Notes under the pieces: generated by a model
The model's input: only the letters and a program-made list of their open reading frames with translations
Told to the model about the DNA's origin: nothing
The model's database searches: none
Part shown: positions 45,580 through 55,154 of the stretch, piece after piece
How positions within the stretch are numbered: position 1 is the stretch's first letter
Layout of the letters: each line of letters starts with the position of its first letter
Translations under genes and position numbers: made by a program
Assembly (NCBI GenBank): GCA_023247215.1
Contig: JAHFGX010000001.1
Location: 36,880-100,879, forward strand
DNA: 64,000 bases
Origin: Candidatus Omnitrophota bacterium
GTDB lineage: Bacteria; Omnitrophota; Gorgyraeia; Aquiviventales; Aquiviventaceae
Direction: 5' to 3'

Positions 45580-46608
45580 GTGTCAGACATGCCGCCGGAC
45601 GGATTGCCTTCTCGCCCGCGCTCTGCGCCTCCTACCATTGCCTTCATCCGCACGGACCGCCTGGGGGAAACGCTGCTCACATTGCCGGCGCTAGCCGCGA
45701 TCAGGCGAGCCCGCCCGGGGCGCCCCCTGATCCTCGTGGCGAATCCGGCGCTTTGTGAGTTGCTGGAGGGTCTGCCGGTGGTGGATGCGGTGTGGCCGGC
45801 GCCCAGCGGCGGGAGGCGCTGGTGGGCCTGGCAGGCGCTGCAATTGGGATGGCGGCTGCGCCGCCATCGGGTCGGCATGGTGATCGTCGCCAATCCCACC
45901 AAGGCCTGGCACGTGGCGGCCTGGCTCGCGGGGGCGCCGGTCCGGGTCGGCTATCGCCGCAAGTGGGCGTGGGCGTTGACGGCCGCAATCGCGGACGACA
46001 AGGCCGGCGGCGCCCGGCATGAGGTGCTTTCCAATATGGCGCTGGCGTCCGCGGCGCTTGGCGAATCTCTGGAGCCGGTCTCGTCGCTGCGCGTGCCGAT
46101 CTTGCCGGAGGATTTGGACGGCGCCGCCCGACTCCTCAACGAGCGACGGTCCGGCGCCGGATGGCCAGTTCTCGTGGTACATCCGTGGGCCTCGGTGCTT
46201 CGGAAGCAATGGCCGCGCGAACGCTACGACGCGCTGATTGAACGAGCGGTTCGGTTGGGCGGGGGTCCGGTCGCGGTCATCGGCGGTGTCGAGCACCAAT
46301 CCCAGGCAGGCCAGTGGTTGGCGCGCCGCGATGATGTGCTGGATCTCGTCGGCCGGCTGTCGTTGCGCCAGCTCGCCGCCGTGCTGCATCGCGCGCGGGT
46401 GCTGGTCTCCAATGATAGCGGTCCGGTCCATCTGGCCGCTGCGGTTGGGACGCCGGTCGTCGCGTTGTTCGGCACGACGGACCCGGCCGCCGGTCCGGTC
46501 CGGTGGGGGCCCTGGGGAGCCGGGCACGTGGTGCTGTGGAAGCCGACCTTGGACGCGATTTCCGTGGACGACGTGGCCGCGGCCGTGCAGCGGTTGTGCG
46601 CACTCTAA
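45580..46608 (+). CDS. Glycosyltransferase family 9 (LPS heptosyltransferase-like)
   Basis: IAFIRTDRLGETLLTLPAL N-terminal motif; VSNDSGPVHLAAAVGTPVVALFG C-terminal motif. GTG or ATG start at 45580/45589. Confidence 0.8.
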   Translation: MSDMPPDGLPSRPRSAPPTIAFIRTDRLGETLLTLPALAAIRRARPGRPLILVANPALCELLEGLPVVDAVWPAPSGGRRWWAWQALQLGWRLRRHRVGMVIVANPTKAWHVAAWLAGAPVRVGYRRKWAWALTAAIADDKAGGARHEVLSNMALASAALGESLEPVSSLRVPILPEDLDGAARLLNERRSGAGWPVLVVHPWASVLRKQWPRERYDALIERAVRLGGGPVAVIGGVEHQSQAGQWLARRDDVLDLVGRLSLRQLAAVLHRARVLVSNDSGPVHLAAAVGTPVVALFGTTDPAAGPVRWGPWGAGHVVLWKPTLDAISVDDVAAAVQRLCAL

Positions 46609-46612
46609 GCCG

Positions 46613-47713
46613 ATGCCCGACCGCTACGCGCCTCAGCGCATCCTGCTCGTCAACCCCTTCGGCATCGGGGACGTGCTGTTTTCCACGCCGCTGCTCCGGG
46701 CGGTGCGCCGGGCCTTCCCGCAGGCCTTCGTGGCCTATTTGGGCAACCGCCGCACGCAGGAAATCCTGCGCCGCAATCCAAATCTCGATGTGCTGTTCGT
46801 CTATGAGAAAGACGAAGTGCTGACCAACTGGAGGCGATCCAAGTTGCGGGGTGGCCAGATCGTCTTCTCGTTGTTGCGGCAGATCCGGCGCGGGCGGTTT
46901 GATCTGGCGATTGACCTTTCGCTGGGAGAACGGTACAGCTTTCTCCTGGCCCTCCTGGGCGTGCCGCGCCGAATCGGGTTTGATTTTCGCGGACGCGGAA
47001 GATTTTTGACGCACGGCATGGCGATGGACGGGTTTCAAGACCGCCACGTGGTGGAGCATTACCGGCAGTTGCTGGAGATGATCGGCATTCGGCTGCTGGA
47101 GGAGGAGCTGGAATTGGTGCCCACGGCTGACGACCGCGCCGAGGCTACACAGCGCCTCCACAGCCTGGGCATCCTGCCGGACGCCATGGTGATCGGGCTC
47201 GTGCCGGCCGGCGGGATCAGCTGGGGCATCCAAGCGCACTTCCGTCGGTGGTCGAAAGACGGCTTTATCCAGGTCGGCCGCACCCTCTGCCAGCGGTATG
47301 GCGCCCGGATCCTGGTCTTCGGGGAGCCCAACGACCATGCGATCTGCGAGGGGATCGCCCAAGCGATCGGTCCCGCGGCCATAGACCTGAGCGGCCAAAC
47401 GACCTTGGGCCAATTCATCAGCCTGGTCGGAAGCTGCATGCTGGTCATGGCTAATGACGGCGGGCCCATCCATATCGCGGCCAGCCAGGGCGTGCGGACG
47501 GTGTCCGTATTCGGCCCGGTGGATCCCATCGTCTACGGCCCGTATCCGCCGACAGCCCGTCACCGCATCGTCTATCAATCCGAACTGCCGTGCCGACCCT
47601 GCTATCATCAGTTTCGCCTTCCGCCGTGTCCCTATGAACGGGCGTGCCTGACGAACTTGTCGCCCGAAGATGTGCTGGATGCCTGCGAATCCGTGTTGTC
47701 CGATGTCGCCTAA
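46613..47713 (+). CDS. Glycosyltransferase family 9 (second LPS heptosyltransferase-like)
   Basis: ILLVNPFGIGDVLFSTPLL; MANDGGPIHIAASQGVRTVSVFG. Confidence 0.8.
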   Translation: MPDRYAPQRILLVNPFGIGDVLFSTPLLRAVRRAFPQAFVAYLGNRRTQEILRRNPNLDVLFVYEKDEVLTNWRRSKLRGGQIVFSLLRQIRRGRFDLAIDLSLGERYSFLLALLGVPRRIGFDFRGRGRFLTHGMAMDGFQDRHVVEHYRQLLEMIGIRLLEEELELVPTADDRAEATQRLHSLGILPDAMVIGLVPAGGISWGIQAHFRRWSKDGFIQVGRTLCQRYGARILVFGEPNDHAICEGIAQAIGPAAIDLSGQTTLGQFISLVGSCMLVMANDGGPIHIAASQGVRTVSVFGPVDPIVYGPYPPTARHRIVYQSELPCRPCYHQFRLPPCPYERACLTNLSPEDVLDACESVLSDVA

Positions 47714-48191
47714 ACACGTCATCTCCGTCGTCGAACGCGGCTGGCGCGGCGCGCGCGAGTGCGCCGTGGTCTTGAATGAGGCCGGCGTGCCGGTGACGCA
47801 TCTGATCAAAGGCTGGATCGGCCGGGACGTGCAGGAGATGATCCTCTCACCCGCCAGTCAGCCGGAGGCTGGCCCCGTCGGTGCCAGGATTGCCAAAGGC
47901 AATCCTCTGGCAGGTGAGAGGATGATCGGCTCGACGCCGAAGCAGCGCGTGATCGCCTGGCCTCGTCCCGTGTTCTATGCCGGGTTGTGGCTGTGGCTGG
48001 CGCCGCGGATGCTGCTCGGCCGGGTGCGGTGGGTGCTCGTGGATCACGAGCGCACGTACCGGGGGCTCGCCCGGTGGGCCGGGTGGTGCGGGGTGCGGCC
48101 GGTGATGATCCAGGAAGGGGAGCGCGGCTTCACGCTGCGGCGCAACGGGGTTTGCGTGACGGTGGACGAGTTGATGACGGGTCGCCGATGA
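47706..48191 (+). CDS. Hypothetical protein (161 aa)
   Basis: An ORF with translational overlaps on both sides (8 bp upstream, ATGA downstream). No recognisable motif. Confidence 0.35.
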   Translation, partial: SPKHVISVVERGWRGARECAVVLNEAGVPVTHLIKGWIGRDVQEMILSPASQPEAGPVGARIAKGNPLAGERMIGSTPKQRVIAWPRPVFYAGLWLWLAPRMLLGRVRWVLVDHERTYRGLARWAGWCGVRPVMIQEGERGFTLRRNGVCVTVDELMTGRR

Positions 48192-49075
48192 TTTCCACCG
48201 CCCCCCGTCTCGCGCTGGTGTTCGACCGCACGCGGGAGGACACGCTCGGCGTCTATTTTGAGCGGGCCTACCGAGGGCTGGGGGTCGCCGTCTCGCACTT
48301 TTGGACGCGGGAGGCCCACCGGATTCCCGAGGGCTACACCGCGTATCTCCGGATTGATCACGGGGCGTACGACCATGATCTGCCTGAGCGGCTGCGCCCG
48401 CGCATTCTCTACGCGGTGGACACGCACTTGCCGCATTCCTGGACGCACCTGCGCCGGCTGGCGCGCCGCTACGATCTGACCTGCTGCGCCCACCGGCCGG
48501 CCGCCGCCGCCGTGCAGGGCGTCTGGGTGCCGGTCGGCTGCGATCCGGAATGGCACGGGCCGCCCCGGCCGGCGGAGACGCGATGGGACGCGGCCTTCAT
48601 CGGCACGGAGGGCGGAGTGCCGCGCAAGTTTTACATGCAAGCGCTGCGCGAGCGCTATCCTCGCAGCGTCGTCGGCCACGCGCCGGCCCATGGCCTGGGC
48701 GCGATCTACGGCCGAGCGGCCGTGGGGGTCAATTTTTCCATTCGGCGCGAAGTGAACATGCGCGTCTTTGAGGTGTTGTGCGCCGGGGCCCTCCTGGTGA
48801 CCAACCGCCTGGCGGACGAAGAGCTGCAAGAGTTGGGATTGCGGGAAGGGGAGCACTACCTCGCCTACGAGCGGCCATCGGAGCTCTGGGAGCACATTGA
48901 CGATGCGCTGCGCCAGCCCGCCCGGCGGTTGGCCACTGCCGCCCGCGGGCAAGCGGTCACGTGGGCGCGCCATACGTACTGGCACCGGGCCGCGCAGATC
49001 GCGCAGGCGGCCGCCGAACGGCTGGGATGCTCATGGCTGCCCGCGGGCGCGGCCGGCGAGGCCAGAGCCGCATGA
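48188..49075 (+). CDS. CgeB-like / Glyco_trans_1_2 family glycosyltransferase-like protein
   Basis: MRVFEVLCAGALLVTN and EHYLAY resemble the C-terminal GT-B block of CgeB/DUF3880 family proteins. Confidence 0.45.
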   Translation: MISTAPRLALVFDRTREDTLGVYFERAYRGLGVAVSHFWTREAHRIPEGYTAYLRIDHGAYDHDLPERLRPRILYAVDTHLPHSWTHLRRLARRYDLTCCAHRPAAAAVQGVWVPVGCDPEWHGPPRPAETRWDAAFIGTEGGVPRKFYMQALRERYPRSVVGHAPAHGLGAIYGRAAVGVNFSIRREVNMRVFEVLCAGALLVTNRLADEELQELGLREGEHYLAYERPSELWEHIDDALRQPARRLATAARGQAVTWARHTYWHRAAQIAQAAAERLGCSWLPAGAAGEARAA

Positions 49076-50202
49076 GCCGCATCCAGTGCGAGTTAGTCTT
49101 GTTGAGCTGGAATCAGCTTGAGCACGTCACCCGCTGTCTCGAGAGCCTGCTGCGCTGCACGGACGTGCCCTCGCGCCTGCTCATCGTGGACAACGCCAGC
49201 GAACCCCCGGTGCGCGCGCTGCTTCGCTCCGTGCGGCCCGCCGGCGCCATCGAGGAGGTGCAGCTGTTGCAGAACGAGTCCAACGAAGGGTTTTCCAAAG
49301 GCATGAACCGCGGGCTGCGCGCCTCGACGGCGCCGTACGTCTGCCTGTTGAACAACGACCTGGTCTTCACGCCCGGGTGGCTCTCGCCCCTGATCGCGCT
49401 GGCCGAGGCGCACCCTGAGATCGGGGTGGTGCATCCGGCCAGCAACACCTTTGGGGAGCGGCTGCCGAGCGGCATGGCGATGGACGACTATGCCGCGGCG
49501 ATCCGCTCCAAGCGCGGCGTGTACGGCGAGATCGGCACGTGCGTCGGGTTTTGCCTCCTGATCAAACGGGACGTGATCCATCGGATCGGGCCGCTCAACG
49601 AGGAGATCGAGCGGCTGTTTTTTGAAGACGAAGATTACGGCATGCGGGTCCAGGCGGCCGGCTACCGATGCGTGATTGCCCAGGACAGCTACGTGTTCCA
49701 TGCCGAGCACCAAAGCGTCAAGCAGCTGCCGGATCGCGACGCACTGTTCCAGCGCAACCGCGAGCGGTGCGAGGCGCGGTGGGGCCGCTGGCGCCGGGTG
49801 GCGTTGCCGTGGTTGGCCTGGCCCCCGGCCGGGAGCCCGGAGCTGCGGCGGATTCTGGAGGCGCTGCTGTCCGTGGTGCGCCGGCGGACGTATCTATATC
49901 TCTACGCGCCGCGCGCGGTCGTCGAGCGAAAAGACGAGCTGTTCCGCTCCGTCGGGTTGGCCCCCCACGGCGATGTGATATGGTATGCTATGCCCTCATA
50001 CGGTGCCGACCTCGCGGCATTCGGGTGGATCCTGGCGCGGCAGAAAAAGCGGTTTCATACGGTGGTCGCCACGAGCCTGGCCTGGGCTGCGGCCTTGCGG
50101 GGGTTCCGCTGGGCGCATCGCGCGCGAGTGCTCCAGGCCGAGACTCCGGAGGCGTTCGCGGCAGCATGGACCGACCCGTCCCCCTCTCCGTCGTCATCTT
50201 GA
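49072..50202 (+). CDS. Glycosyltransferase family 2
   Basis: VLLSWNQLEHVTRCLESLL, LIVDNAS, LLNNDLVF (DxD-equivalent region), FFEDEDYGMR. Confidence 0.8.
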   Translation: MSRIQCELVLLSWNQLEHVTRCLESLLRCTDVPSRLLIVDNASEPPVRALLRSVRPAGAIEEVQLLQNESNEGFSKGMNRGLRASTAPYVCLLNNDLVFTPGWLSPLIALAEAHPEIGVVHPASNTFGERLPSGMAMDDYAAAIRSKRGVYGEIGTCVGFCLLIKRDVIHRIGPLNEEIERLFFEDEDYGMRVQAAGYRCVIAQDSYVFHAEHQSVKQLPDRDALFQRNRERCEARWGRWRRVALPWLAWPPAGSPELRRILEALLSVVRRRTYLYLYAPRAVVERKDELFRSVGLAPHGDVIWYAMPSYGADLAAFGWILARQKKRFHTVVATSLAWAAALRGFRWAHRARVLQAETPEAFAAAWTDPSPSPSSS

Positions 50203-50993
50203 CCAAGAACGAGTCCGCGCGCCTGACCGACTGCATCCGCAGCGTGGCGTGGGCCGGCGAGGTCCTGGTGATTGACGACAATTCCACCGACGACACCGTC
50301 CGCCTGGCGGAATCGTTGGGCGCGCGGGTGCTGCGCCGAACGATGGAGAACGAAGGCCGCCACCGCAACTGGGCCTACGCGCAGGCGCGGCATGAATGGG
50401 TCCTCAGCCTCGACGCCGATGAGCGGGTCACCCCGGAGCTAGCACGGGAGATCCAGGCGCTGTTTCGCGGGACCCCGCCGCAGGACACGTACGCGATCCC
50501 CCGGCGCAATTTCCTGGGCGACCGGTGGATCCGCCACGGCGGCTGGTATCCCAGCGCGCAGATGAAGCTCTTCAAATGGTCGGTATTCCGCTGGGAAGAA
50601 ACCACTGTGCATCCGCGCGCGTTGTCCGACCGCCCCTGGGGCACGCTGCGGCACGACCTGCTCCACTATTCCTACCGCGATCGCGAGGATTTCCTGAAGA
50701 AGCAGGACCGCCACACCACGCTCGAGGCGCAGAAGTGGATCGCCGACGGCCGACGCGTCTCCTGGGGCAAAGCGTTTTGGCGCACCGTGGACCGGTTCGT
50801 CCGCGGCGCGATCCTCAAGCAGGGCTATCGCGACGGGGCGCTCGGCTGGTGGCTGGCGTGGCGGGGCGGGGCGTACCAGTGGATCAGCTACTCGAAATAT
50901 CTCACGATCAAGCGCCAGGCCGGCGCAGCATCCGGCGGCGCTGGACCCACAGCGTCCCAAACAGCGCCAGAGCGAACCACGGCAGGATCATAA
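50166..50993 (+). CDS. Glycosyltransferase family 2 (WaaE/KdtX-like subfamily)
   Basis: LSVVILTKNE, VLVIDDNSTDDT, LSLDADE. It has a low-complexity C-terminal tail; the last 86 bp overlap the convergent minus-strand gene. Confidence 0.75.
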   Translation: MDRPVPLSVVILTKNESARLTDCIRSVAWAGEVLVIDDNSTDDTVRLAESLGARVLRRTMENEGRHRNWAYAQARHEWVLSLDADERVTPELAREIQALFRGTPPQDTYAIPRRNFLGDRWIRHGGWYPSAQMKLFKWSVFRWEETTVHPRALSDRPWGTLRHDLLHYSYRDREDFLKKQDRHTTLEAQKWIADGRRVSWGKAFWRTVDRFVRGAILKQGYRDGALGWWLAWRGGAYQWISYSKYLTIKRQAGAASGGAGPTASQTAPERTTAGS

Positions 50994-52161
50994 GCACTAG
51001 AAAGACGTACGTTTCTCCGCGGATGCTTCGCATCCCGATCGCCCGCCACAACGCGCTGTGCGTCATGATGCTCAACCCCAACAGAAGCAGCCCGGCGGCC
51101 AGGGACCCCAACAGCGACGGGAAGCACCGGCGGGTCGTCCACAGATTCGACAGCGCCAACATCGCCGGGAAGAGCAGCGCGCTGTAGGTGGCGACCCAGA
51201 CCGTGGGCGAGCAGAGCGCCATCAGGACCATCAACAGCGCGCCGTCATAGATCAGGCGCGTCCGCCGCTCCCCGGCCGGTTGCCGCGGCCAGACGACCAG
51301 TCCCAGCAGGATCAGCGAGGTCGCGGCATACAGCTCGACAATCATCGTCGCGGGCCACGACGCCACGTGGAGGCCGTACGGACCGGCCATGAGGAAGCGG
51401 CCCAGCAGGGCTAACAGCGACTGATTGCCGATCTCAAACGCCCGGCCGGCCCCGCTGGAGAGCAGCACGCGGATCCAGTCGCCGAACAGATGCAGCGGGC
51501 GGCCCGGCTGCATCGCAAAGCTGCTGAGCGCGTTGAATCCAACCAGCCACGCGACGGTGCGCCCGGCCGTCGCCCATCGCCTGCTGAGCAGCAGGTAGAG
51601 CAACACCACGGCGGCGGGCAATTTCAGCGAGATCCCAAGGGCCAACAACGCTGCGGCGAGCCACATCCGTCCGGCATCCTCCGCCAACAGGAAGCCGATC
51701 ACCAGCAACCCCCAGAGCAGATCCACTTGGCCGTTCAGAAACTCCGCGGTGAGCGACCGGACGAGCAGGAACATGGCGGCGACGATCAGCCAGGGCGGAT
51801 CATCGACCCCGGCCCGCCGGCAGAGCTCCAGCCCAGCCCAGCAGGACAGCACCAGCCAACCGACGGTCAGCGCCGCCCACGCCACGGCGGCCGGCTGAGC
51901 CGGAATCCAGGCCAGCGGAATCCAGGCCAGGGCCCAGCACGGCGCGTACTTGAACAGCATCACGGCGGAGCTGGTGGGATCATACAGGGCGGCGGCTTGG
52001 CCCTGGACGACGCGCAGGGCCACGGCCCGGTAGACGTCTAGATCCATCAAGAAGGGGGGGTGGAGCAGGAAATTCCCCGGAAACCGGAGCAGGAATCCCA
52101 ACCCGAGGCCGGCCAGCCAAAGCCAGCGCCGGTTCCACCACGGAGTTGAGCCAGTAAGCAT
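50908..52161 (-). CDS. Polytopic membrane protein, GT-C-like (DUF2029 / GT87-type polyprenol-phosphate-sugar-dependent glycosyltransferase); the only minus-strand gene
   Basis: About 12 hydrophobic segments across 417 aa. Divergently paired with a Dpm1-like synthase. Carries an in-frame 15-bp tandem duplication (LAWIP-LAWIP). Confidence 0.45.
   Translation of the reverse strand: MLTGSTPWWNRRWLWLAGLGLGFLLRFPGNFLLHPPFLMDLDVYRAVALRVVQGQAAALYDPTSSAVMLFKYAPCWALAWIPLAWIPAQPAAVAWAALTVGWLVLSCWAGLELCRRAGVDDPPWLIVAAMFLLVRSLTAEFLNGQVDLLWGLLVIGFLLAEDAGRMWLAAALLALGISLKLPAAVVLLYLLLSRRWATAGRTVAWLVGFNALSSFAMQPGRPLHLFGDWIRVLLSSGAGRAFEIGNQSLLALLGRFLMAGPYGLHVASWPATMIVELYAATSLILLGLVVWPRQPAGERRTRLIYDGALLMVLMALCSPTVWVATYSALLFPAMLALSNLWTTRRCFPSLLGSLAAGLLLLGLSIMTHSALWRAIGMRSIRGETYVFLVLMILPWFALALFGTLWVQRRRMLRRPGA
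51901..51930. repeat. Perfect 15-bp tandem duplication (cggaatccaggccag x2) inside the minus-strand GT-C gene
   Basis: Read directly from the sequence. Encodes a duplicated LAWIP pentapeptide in frame. Confidence 0.9.
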
Positions 52162-52191
52162 AAGAGAACTATTCTATCACGGTCTCTTCTC

Positions 52192-52965
52192 GTGCTATCA
52201 TATCTGTTCCCAATGTTCACCCTGGTGATCCCAACCTACAATGAGCGGCTGACCATTGAGCCCTTGCTGGACCGAGTGGCCGCCGTGCGCCTCGGGTGGC
52301 CGGAAGAGCTGGAAGTGCTGGTGATGGATGACGGCTCCACGGACGGCACCATCGCGGCCGCGGAGGCGGCGCTGGCCCGCCTGCGCCTGGGGCGCGTGGT
52401 GCAGCGCCACGGCCAGCCCGATCTCGCCCAGGCGGTCTTGGAGGGCATCCGGCAGGCTCGGGGCGAGATGATCGGCGTCATGGATGCGGACCTCAGCCAT
52501 CCGCCGGAGCTGCTGCCGTCGCTGGCGAAGGCCGTGCAGGCGGGGCAGGATGTGGTGGTGGCCAGCCGCTACGTGTCCGGCGCTTGCATCCAAACATTTG
52601 CGGCCTGGCGGTGGGCGCTGTCCCGCCTGGCCAATTGGCTGGCCCGGCCGCTGACACCGGTGGCGGACGCCACCTCCGGCTATTTCGTGGCCCGCGCGGA
52701 GGTGGTGCGCAGCATTGCCCCTGCGCCGCGCGGGTTCAAAATCCTCTTGGAAATTTTGGTGACGCAATGCGTGCACCGCGTGCAGGAAGTGCCCTACCAG
52801 TTTACGGAGCGCGCCGCCGGGCAGAGCAAGCTGCGGTGGTCGGTGTGCGCCTCGTACGGCGCGCAATTGCTTCGTCTGGGATGGCACCGCCTGCGCCACC
52901 CCTGCCGTCATCGTCGCGGCGCTTCGCCGCGTTCCGTCTCCATGACCCATGCCAGCTTCTCCTGA
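52192..52965 (+). CDS. GT2 polyprenol/dolichol-phosphate mannosyl(glycosyl)transferase (Dpm1/ppm-like)
   Basis: LVIPTYNER, VLVMDDGSTDGT, MDADLSHPP (the DAD motif). Alternative start at 52213. Confidence 0.75.
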   Translation: MLSYLFPMFTLVIPTYNERLTIEPLLDRVAAVRLGWPEELEVLVMDDGSTDGTIAAAEAALARLRLGRVVQRHGQPDLAQAVLEGIRQARGEMIGVMDADLSHPPELLPSLAKAVQAGQDVVVASRYVSGACIQTFAAWRWALSRLANWLARPLTPVADATSGYFVARAEVVRSIAPAPRGFKILLEILVTQCVHRVQEVPYQFTERAAGQSKLRWSVCASYGAQLLRLGWHRLRHPCRHRRGASPRSVSMTHASFS

Positions 52966-53767
52966 CCGCGCTCGTCTGTCGGTGGTCGTGCTGACCAAGA
53001 ATGAAGAGGCGCGCATCGCCCGCTGCCTGGACAGCGTGCGGTGGGTGAAGGACATCGTAGTGGTGGACGGCCTCAGCACGGACCGGACGGTGGAGATCTG
53101 CCGGGGCGCTGGCGCGCAGGTGATCAGCCGGGCCTTCTCCGGCAGCTTCGGCGAAGAGCGCAATGTGGGCGCCCATGCGGCGGCGCACGACTGGGTGCTC
53201 CAGTTGGACGGCGATGACGTCGTCAGCGACGAGCTGTGCGCGGCGCTGCAGCGGATGCTGGCGGAGGGCACGCCCCACGCGGCGTTCAACGTGCGCCGCC
53301 AAAACAACTTTCTCGGCCACTGGATGATGCGCGGCGGTTGGCACCACTATTACCACACCCTCTACCGGAAATCGGCCTGCCATTTCGAGGGCTGCGTGCA
53401 CCATATCCTCAAGGTGAACGGGACCATCGGGACGCTGGAGGCGCCGATCCTGCACTATCCGTTCACCAGCCTGGACCAATTCGTCCTCCGGCAGAACCGC
53501 TACACCTCGCTCGAGGCCAAGGAGATGCTGGATGAGCAGGGCGTGCTGCCCTCCAAGCTCGTCCGGTACCACCTCACCTGGAAGCCGCTCAAGGTGTTTT
53601 GGAAAAGCTACGTCAAGAAACAGGGATATCGGGAGGGCTGGTACGGGCTGGTGTTCGCCCTGCTGTACGCCTGGGTGAATTTCCTGAAGTGGGCCAAGTA
53701 TTGGGAGCTGGTGCGGGACCGCTACCAACCCTCCACGGCACAGGAGAGCACGTCATGCGCGTCCTGA
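52949..53767 (+). CDS. Glycosyltransferase family 2 (WaaE/KdtX-like subfamily, paralog of 50166-50993)
   Basis: LSVVVLTKNEE, VVVDGLSTDRT, LQLDGDD. It shares a C-terminal WY-rich region with the other WaaE-like gene. Confidence 0.75.
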   Translation: MPASPDRARLSVVVLTKNEEARIARCLDSVRWVKDIVVVDGLSTDRTVEICRGAGAQVISRAFSGSFGEERNVGAHAAAHDWVLQLDGDDVVSDELCAALQRMLAEGTPHAAFNVRRQNNFLGHWMMRGGWHHYYHTLYRKSACHFEGCVHHILKVNGTIGTLEAPILHYPFTSLDQFVLRQNRYTSLEAKEMLDEQGVLPSKLVRYHLTWKPLKVFWKSYVKKQGYREGWYGLVFALLYAWVNFLKWAKYWELVRDRYQPSTAQESTSCAS

Positions 53768-54741
53768 TCACCGGCATCACCGGATTCGTCGGGAGCCATC
53801 TGGCCGAGTGGCTGCTGGAGCAGCAGCCCGGCGTCGAGATTATCGGGATCCAGCGGTGGCGGAGCAAGACCGAGCACATTGACCATCTGCGCGGGCGCAT
53901 CACGCTGCTGGAGGGAGATCTGCGTGATCCGGTCTCTGTGCGCCGCGCTGTGCTCGAAGCGCGCCCCGACCGGGTGTTCCATTTGGCGGCCCAATCGTTC
54001 GTGCCGGCTTCCTGGGCCGCGCCGTCCGACACGGCGATGACGAACATCATGGGGCAGGTGAATCTCTTGGAGGCGCTGCGGGACGGCTGGCCGGCGACGC
54101 GCGTGCTGGTCGTCGGGAGCTCGGAGGAATACGGCCTGGTCCAGGCGGATGAGCTGCCGATCAAGGAAACCAACCCGTTGCGCCCCCTCAGCCCGTACGC
54201 GGTGTCCAAAGTGGCGCAGGATTTGATGGGCTATCAATACGCCAAGAGCTACGGCATGCACATCGTGCGCACGCGGGCGTTCAACCATACCGGCCCGCGC
54301 CGCGGCGAGATGTTCGCCAGCTCGAACTTCGCAAAGCAGATTGCGCTCATTGAGGCCGGGCGGCAGGAGCCGGTGGTGCGGGTTGGGAATCTGGACGCCC
54401 GCCGGGATTTCAGCGACGCCCGCGACATCGTCCGGGGCTATTGGCTGGCGTTGGAGCATGGCGAGCCGGGCGAGGTCTACAACCTCTGCTCCGGGCGGGA
54501 CTGGTCCATCCGGGACATGCTCGGCATCCTGTTGAAGCTGAGCACCGCGTCCATCCGCGTGGAGCCGGATCCGCAGCGGTTCCGGCCCAGCGACGTGCCG
54601 GTGCTGAGGGGCGACTACGGCAAATTTGCCGAACGGACCGGGTGGCACCCGGCGATCCCCTTCACGCAAACGTTGGAAGATCTATTGAACGACTGGCGCG
54701 CGCGCATCCGGCGGGAGGCGCTGGCCGGGGCGGCCCGATGA
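53755..54741 (+). CDS. NDP-sugar 4,6-dehydratase / 4-keto-reductase family (GDP-mannose 4,6-dehydratase or Rmd-like extended SDR)
   Basis: VLITGITGFVGSHL; GSSEEYG; PYAVSK (YxxxK); 328 aa. Confidence 0.7.
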   Translation: MRVLITGITGFVGSHLAEWLLEQQPGVEIIGIQRWRSKTEHIDHLRGRITLLEGDLRDPVSVRRAVLEARPDRVFHLAAQSFVPASWAAPSDTAMTNIMGQVNLLEALRDGWPATRVLVVGSSEEYGLVQADELPIKETNPLRPLSPYAVSKVAQDLMGYQYAKSYGMHIVRTRAFNHTGPRRGEMFASSNFAKQIALIEAGRQEPVVRVGNLDARRDFSDARDIVRGYWLALEHGEPGEVYNLCSGRDWSIRDMLGILLKLSTASIRVEPDPQRFRPSDVPVLRGDYGKFAERTGWHPAIPFTQTLEDLLNDWRARIRREALAGAAR

Positions 54742-55154
54742 GCGCGAAGCGCGGCCCGGTGCCGTCCACGCTGGTGTCCATCCGGCCGCCGTTCGTGGAT
54801 GAGCGGGGGGCCATCCATAATTTGCTCGATCTGCCCATCTCCAGCGTCGCCGTGATCACGTCGGTCGCCGGGGCGGTGCGGGGCAACCATTACCACAAGA
54901 CCGACCACCACTACTGCTGGCTGCAGTCGGGCGAAATGCGCTACGCGCACCGGCCGGCCGGCAGCCGCGAGGCCCCGGAGGTATGGACCATCACAGCCGG
55001 GCAGATGTTCTATACGCCGCCCCAATACGAGCACGTCATGCTGTTTACCGCCGCCTCAGTCATGTTCGCGTTTGCGCGCCATCCCCGCGACATGGTCAAT
55101 TACGAAGCGGACACGGTTCGGATCCCGCCGCTGGCTCTCGCTCCCATCGGATGA
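54738..55154 (+). CDS. Small cupin of WxcM/FdtA/QdtA-like type (sugar 3,4-ketoisomerase-like)
   Basis: 138-aa cupin with GAVRGNHYHK (His pair). Sits between a 4,6-dehydratase and a C-methyltransferase. ATGA overlap. Confidence 0.5.
   Translation: MSAKRGPVPSTLVSIRPPFVDERGAIHNLLDLPISSVAVITSVAGAVRGNHYHKTDHHYCWLQSGEMRYAHRPAGSREAPEVWTITAGQMFYTPPQYEHVMLFTAASVMFAFARHPRDMVNYEADTVRIPPLALAPIG

Noticed and set aside
47706-49075. Possible split glycosyltransferase (161-aa hypothetical plus 295-aa CgeB-like protein)
   Set aside because: The two ORFs are in different frames and are joined by a clean ATGA overlap. The downstream protein alone spans a CgeB-like length. There is no clear evidence of a frameshifted single gene.
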